Origin: Flavobacteriales bacterium
GTDB lineage: Bacteria > Bacteroidota > Bacteroidia > Flavobacteriales_D > SKUL01
Length of the DNA stretch: 54,193 nt
Direction of reading: 5' to 3'
Assembly (NCBI GenBank): GCA_007129985.1
Contig: SKUL01000292.1
Location: forward strand, 1-54,193
Both the position numbers and the translations under genes were made by a program. Position 1 is the stretch's first letter. Each line of letters starts with the position of its first letter. The notes beneath the pieces are model-generated. The model did no database searches and had not been told where the DNA came from. It saw only the letters and a list, made by a program, of their open reading frames with translations. Shown piece after piece: positions 52,584-54,193 of this stretch.

Positions 52584-54193
52584 TCCAAAAGCAGCTTCAG
52601 GGTTTGCACCTCTTCGCCCACTGTGATAGAAACAAAATACAAACCTGCCGGCTGGTTGATTTGAAGGAGCTCATCGGGATGCACCAGTCCGCGGTCTTCA
52701 ATGATTCTGCCACTCACATCGAGGATTCGCAGGTGAGAAGGGTTTTCCAAACCACGTATCTGAAAAGTACCATGCGACGGGTTTGGGAACAGAGATAAGC
52801 GGGTTAGCTCATTGACGTCTACAAAAGTGGCTTCAAAAACGTGGGTTTCGCAGTACTCATCTTCGCTGCAGGGGTTTGATGCGGTGAGGCAGATTTCATA
52901 GAGCTCTCCCGGAATCACATCAAAAGTCAATGTATCACCGGCGCTGGCTTGCACTTCGCCGTTAATTTCCCAGATTAATGTAGTTGCATTCTCACTCGTG
53001 CTTACAAATCCGAAATCGCCATACAGCTCGAATGAGGCAATGGCATCCGGGGGGCAGCACAGCTTTTCGCTTTCGGCTTCTGCGTCTGTTGTGCTAACGC
53101 TCCAATCAAAATGACTTATGCCATCGGCAGTGAAGTAGTTTGGTTCAACCACGTTTACATCCACAGGGATAACCGGAAAATCGTAGGGAATGAAGTTGCA
53201 ATCTGTCATACCTGTGGCCGTAGCCTTGATGAGGTAGGGTTTAAAGGCAGTTGTTCCGAATCCCCCTGTCCCGCCGGCAATTAATATGCTTCCATCGTCG
53301 AGAGCTATTACGTGCGAAACATAGTCCGTTGCGTCGCTCCCGTATCGATAGCTATCCAGCACATCGCCACCTGGAGAAAGAAGCACGAGCCCAATATCCT
53401 GCCCGCCCAAACCGTCGGGGGCATCCAAGGCATTTCCTACCACCACCACGCGGTCGTCGTTGGTTACACACATACTCGGAATACTCACCCATCCCGGGAT
53501 TGCACGACACCAAAGCATGTCTCCATCGGGGTCAAACTTGGCTACAAAGCCTTTGTTTTGTGGATTCCCGGGAATCATGCCGAGGGTGTATCCGGTGAGG
53601 AAAATATTCCCTTGAGAGTCAGAAGTTGTAAAAAGTCCGTCCTCAGCGGTGGGTGTGCTGATGGTACGTGCCCAAATGGGGTTTCCGGCAGAGTCAGTAC
53701 GAACCAAAAAAGGATCGCTGAAGCCACCGTCAAAACTGTCGCCATATCCCGCCATTACATAACCGTCGCCGTAAGGCTCTGCCCAGTAGGCCCAATCCCA
53801 GTCATTGCCTCCGAATGTCTTCGCAAACACAGGTGTGCCATCGGTTTCAAGTCGGATGAGTTGAAGGTCGTAGCTACCTCCTGCACCTGCCGTGCTTCTT
53901 CCTGACAGCACCCATCCATCCTGAGCAGCGGCAATAGAGTGATATGCGTTTGAGCCTCCGCCGTGATCCACTCTAATGGTTTCAATAACAGTTCCTGCCG
54001 TGTCGGTAAGAATCAGCAGCCCGTCGCGACTGGCCGTGCCGGTTCCAATAGAAAAACCTGCCAGTGCATAATAATCGCCTTGTGCGGCCAGACTGATGTG
54101 ATAAACTCCATCGTTAACGGGAGAGGTATAATAGCGTGTCCACATCAGTGTGCCATCAGGCTTGTGCTTCATCAGCATCAGGTTGGTCTGCCC
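52580..54193 (-). CDS. Secreted beta-propeller-repeat protein with T9SS C-terminal sorting domain (N-terminus outside window)
   Basis: The frame is open to the window edge. The body holds repeated roughly 45-aa units with G/D/Y-rich propeller-like blades. The C-terminus LFPNPS.G.F.I.......L.ILD..GR......LYFV.I... fits the T9SS type A CTD. Confidence 0.78.
   Translation of the reverse strand, partial: GQTNLMLMKHKPDGTLMWTRYYTSPVNDGVYHISLAAQGDYYALAGFSIGTGTASRDGLLILTDTAGTVIETIRVDHGGGSNAYHSIAAAQDGWVLSGRSTAGAGGSYDLQLIRLETDGTPVFAKTFGGNDWDWAYWAEPYGDGYVMAGYGDSFDGGFSDPFLVRTDSAGNPIWARTISTPTAEDGLFTTSDSQGNIFLTGYTLGMIPGNPQNKGFVAKFDPDGDMLWCRAIPGWVSIPSMCVTNDDRVVVVGNALDAPDGLGGQDIGLVLLSPGGDVLDSYRYGSDATDYVSHVIALDDGSILIAGGTGGFGTTAFKPYLIKATATGMTDCNFIPYDFPVIPVDVNVVEPNYFTADGISHFDWSVSTTDAEAESEKLCCPPDAIASFELYGDFGFVSTSENATTLIWEINGEVQASAGDTLTFDVIPGELYEICLTASNPCSEDEYCETHVFEATFVDVNELTRLSLFPNPSHGTFQIRGLENPSHLRILDVSGRIIEDRGLVHPDELLQINQPAGLYFVSITVGEEVQTLKLLLD

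Overview
The window looks like a chromosomal segment of a Bacteroidota genome, probably of the Flavobacteriia type, with roughly 50% GC by eye. The taxon call rests on the gliding and T9SS genes (gldD-gldE, gldB-gldC, a PorX-type PglZ response regulator), two proteins with T9SS C-terminal sorting domains, the phylum-typical fused lpxC-fabZ gene, and TTG/TAnnTTTG-type promoter boxes. Coding density is very high and most genes are core housekeeping: gcvP, prfB, rng, ssb, mutY, HU, efp, nadE, rnhB, tsaE, ctaA, and an eight-gene lipid A/efp operon with two lpxD paralogs. A small polysaccharide cluster is also present (GT4, flippase, Wzz-like, O-antigen-ligase-like).

There are two small accessory islets. 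The first is at 1-1360 and holds a DUF1016 nuclease fragment, a hairpin-rich ORF-free stretch and higBA. The second is at 23847-25518 and holds a RelE/ParE-type TA pair plus an orphan minimal nucleotidyltransferase.

I do not see a clear large novel multi-gene system. The observations most worth follow-up are:
- An array of eight 7-bp TTCTAAT boxes phased at 11 bp. It sits between an OmpR-type two-component system and an uncharacterised three-gene operon.
- A second lpxD paralog translationally coupled to a GAF-PP2C phosphatase.
- A candidate structured RNA with its own terminator at about 2983-3116.
- A 30-codon, extremely basic micro-ORF missing from the ORF track (bS22-like).
- A textbook prfB +1 frameshift site that keeps an SD-like element.

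All functional calls come from motif recognition by eye. No database search was run.
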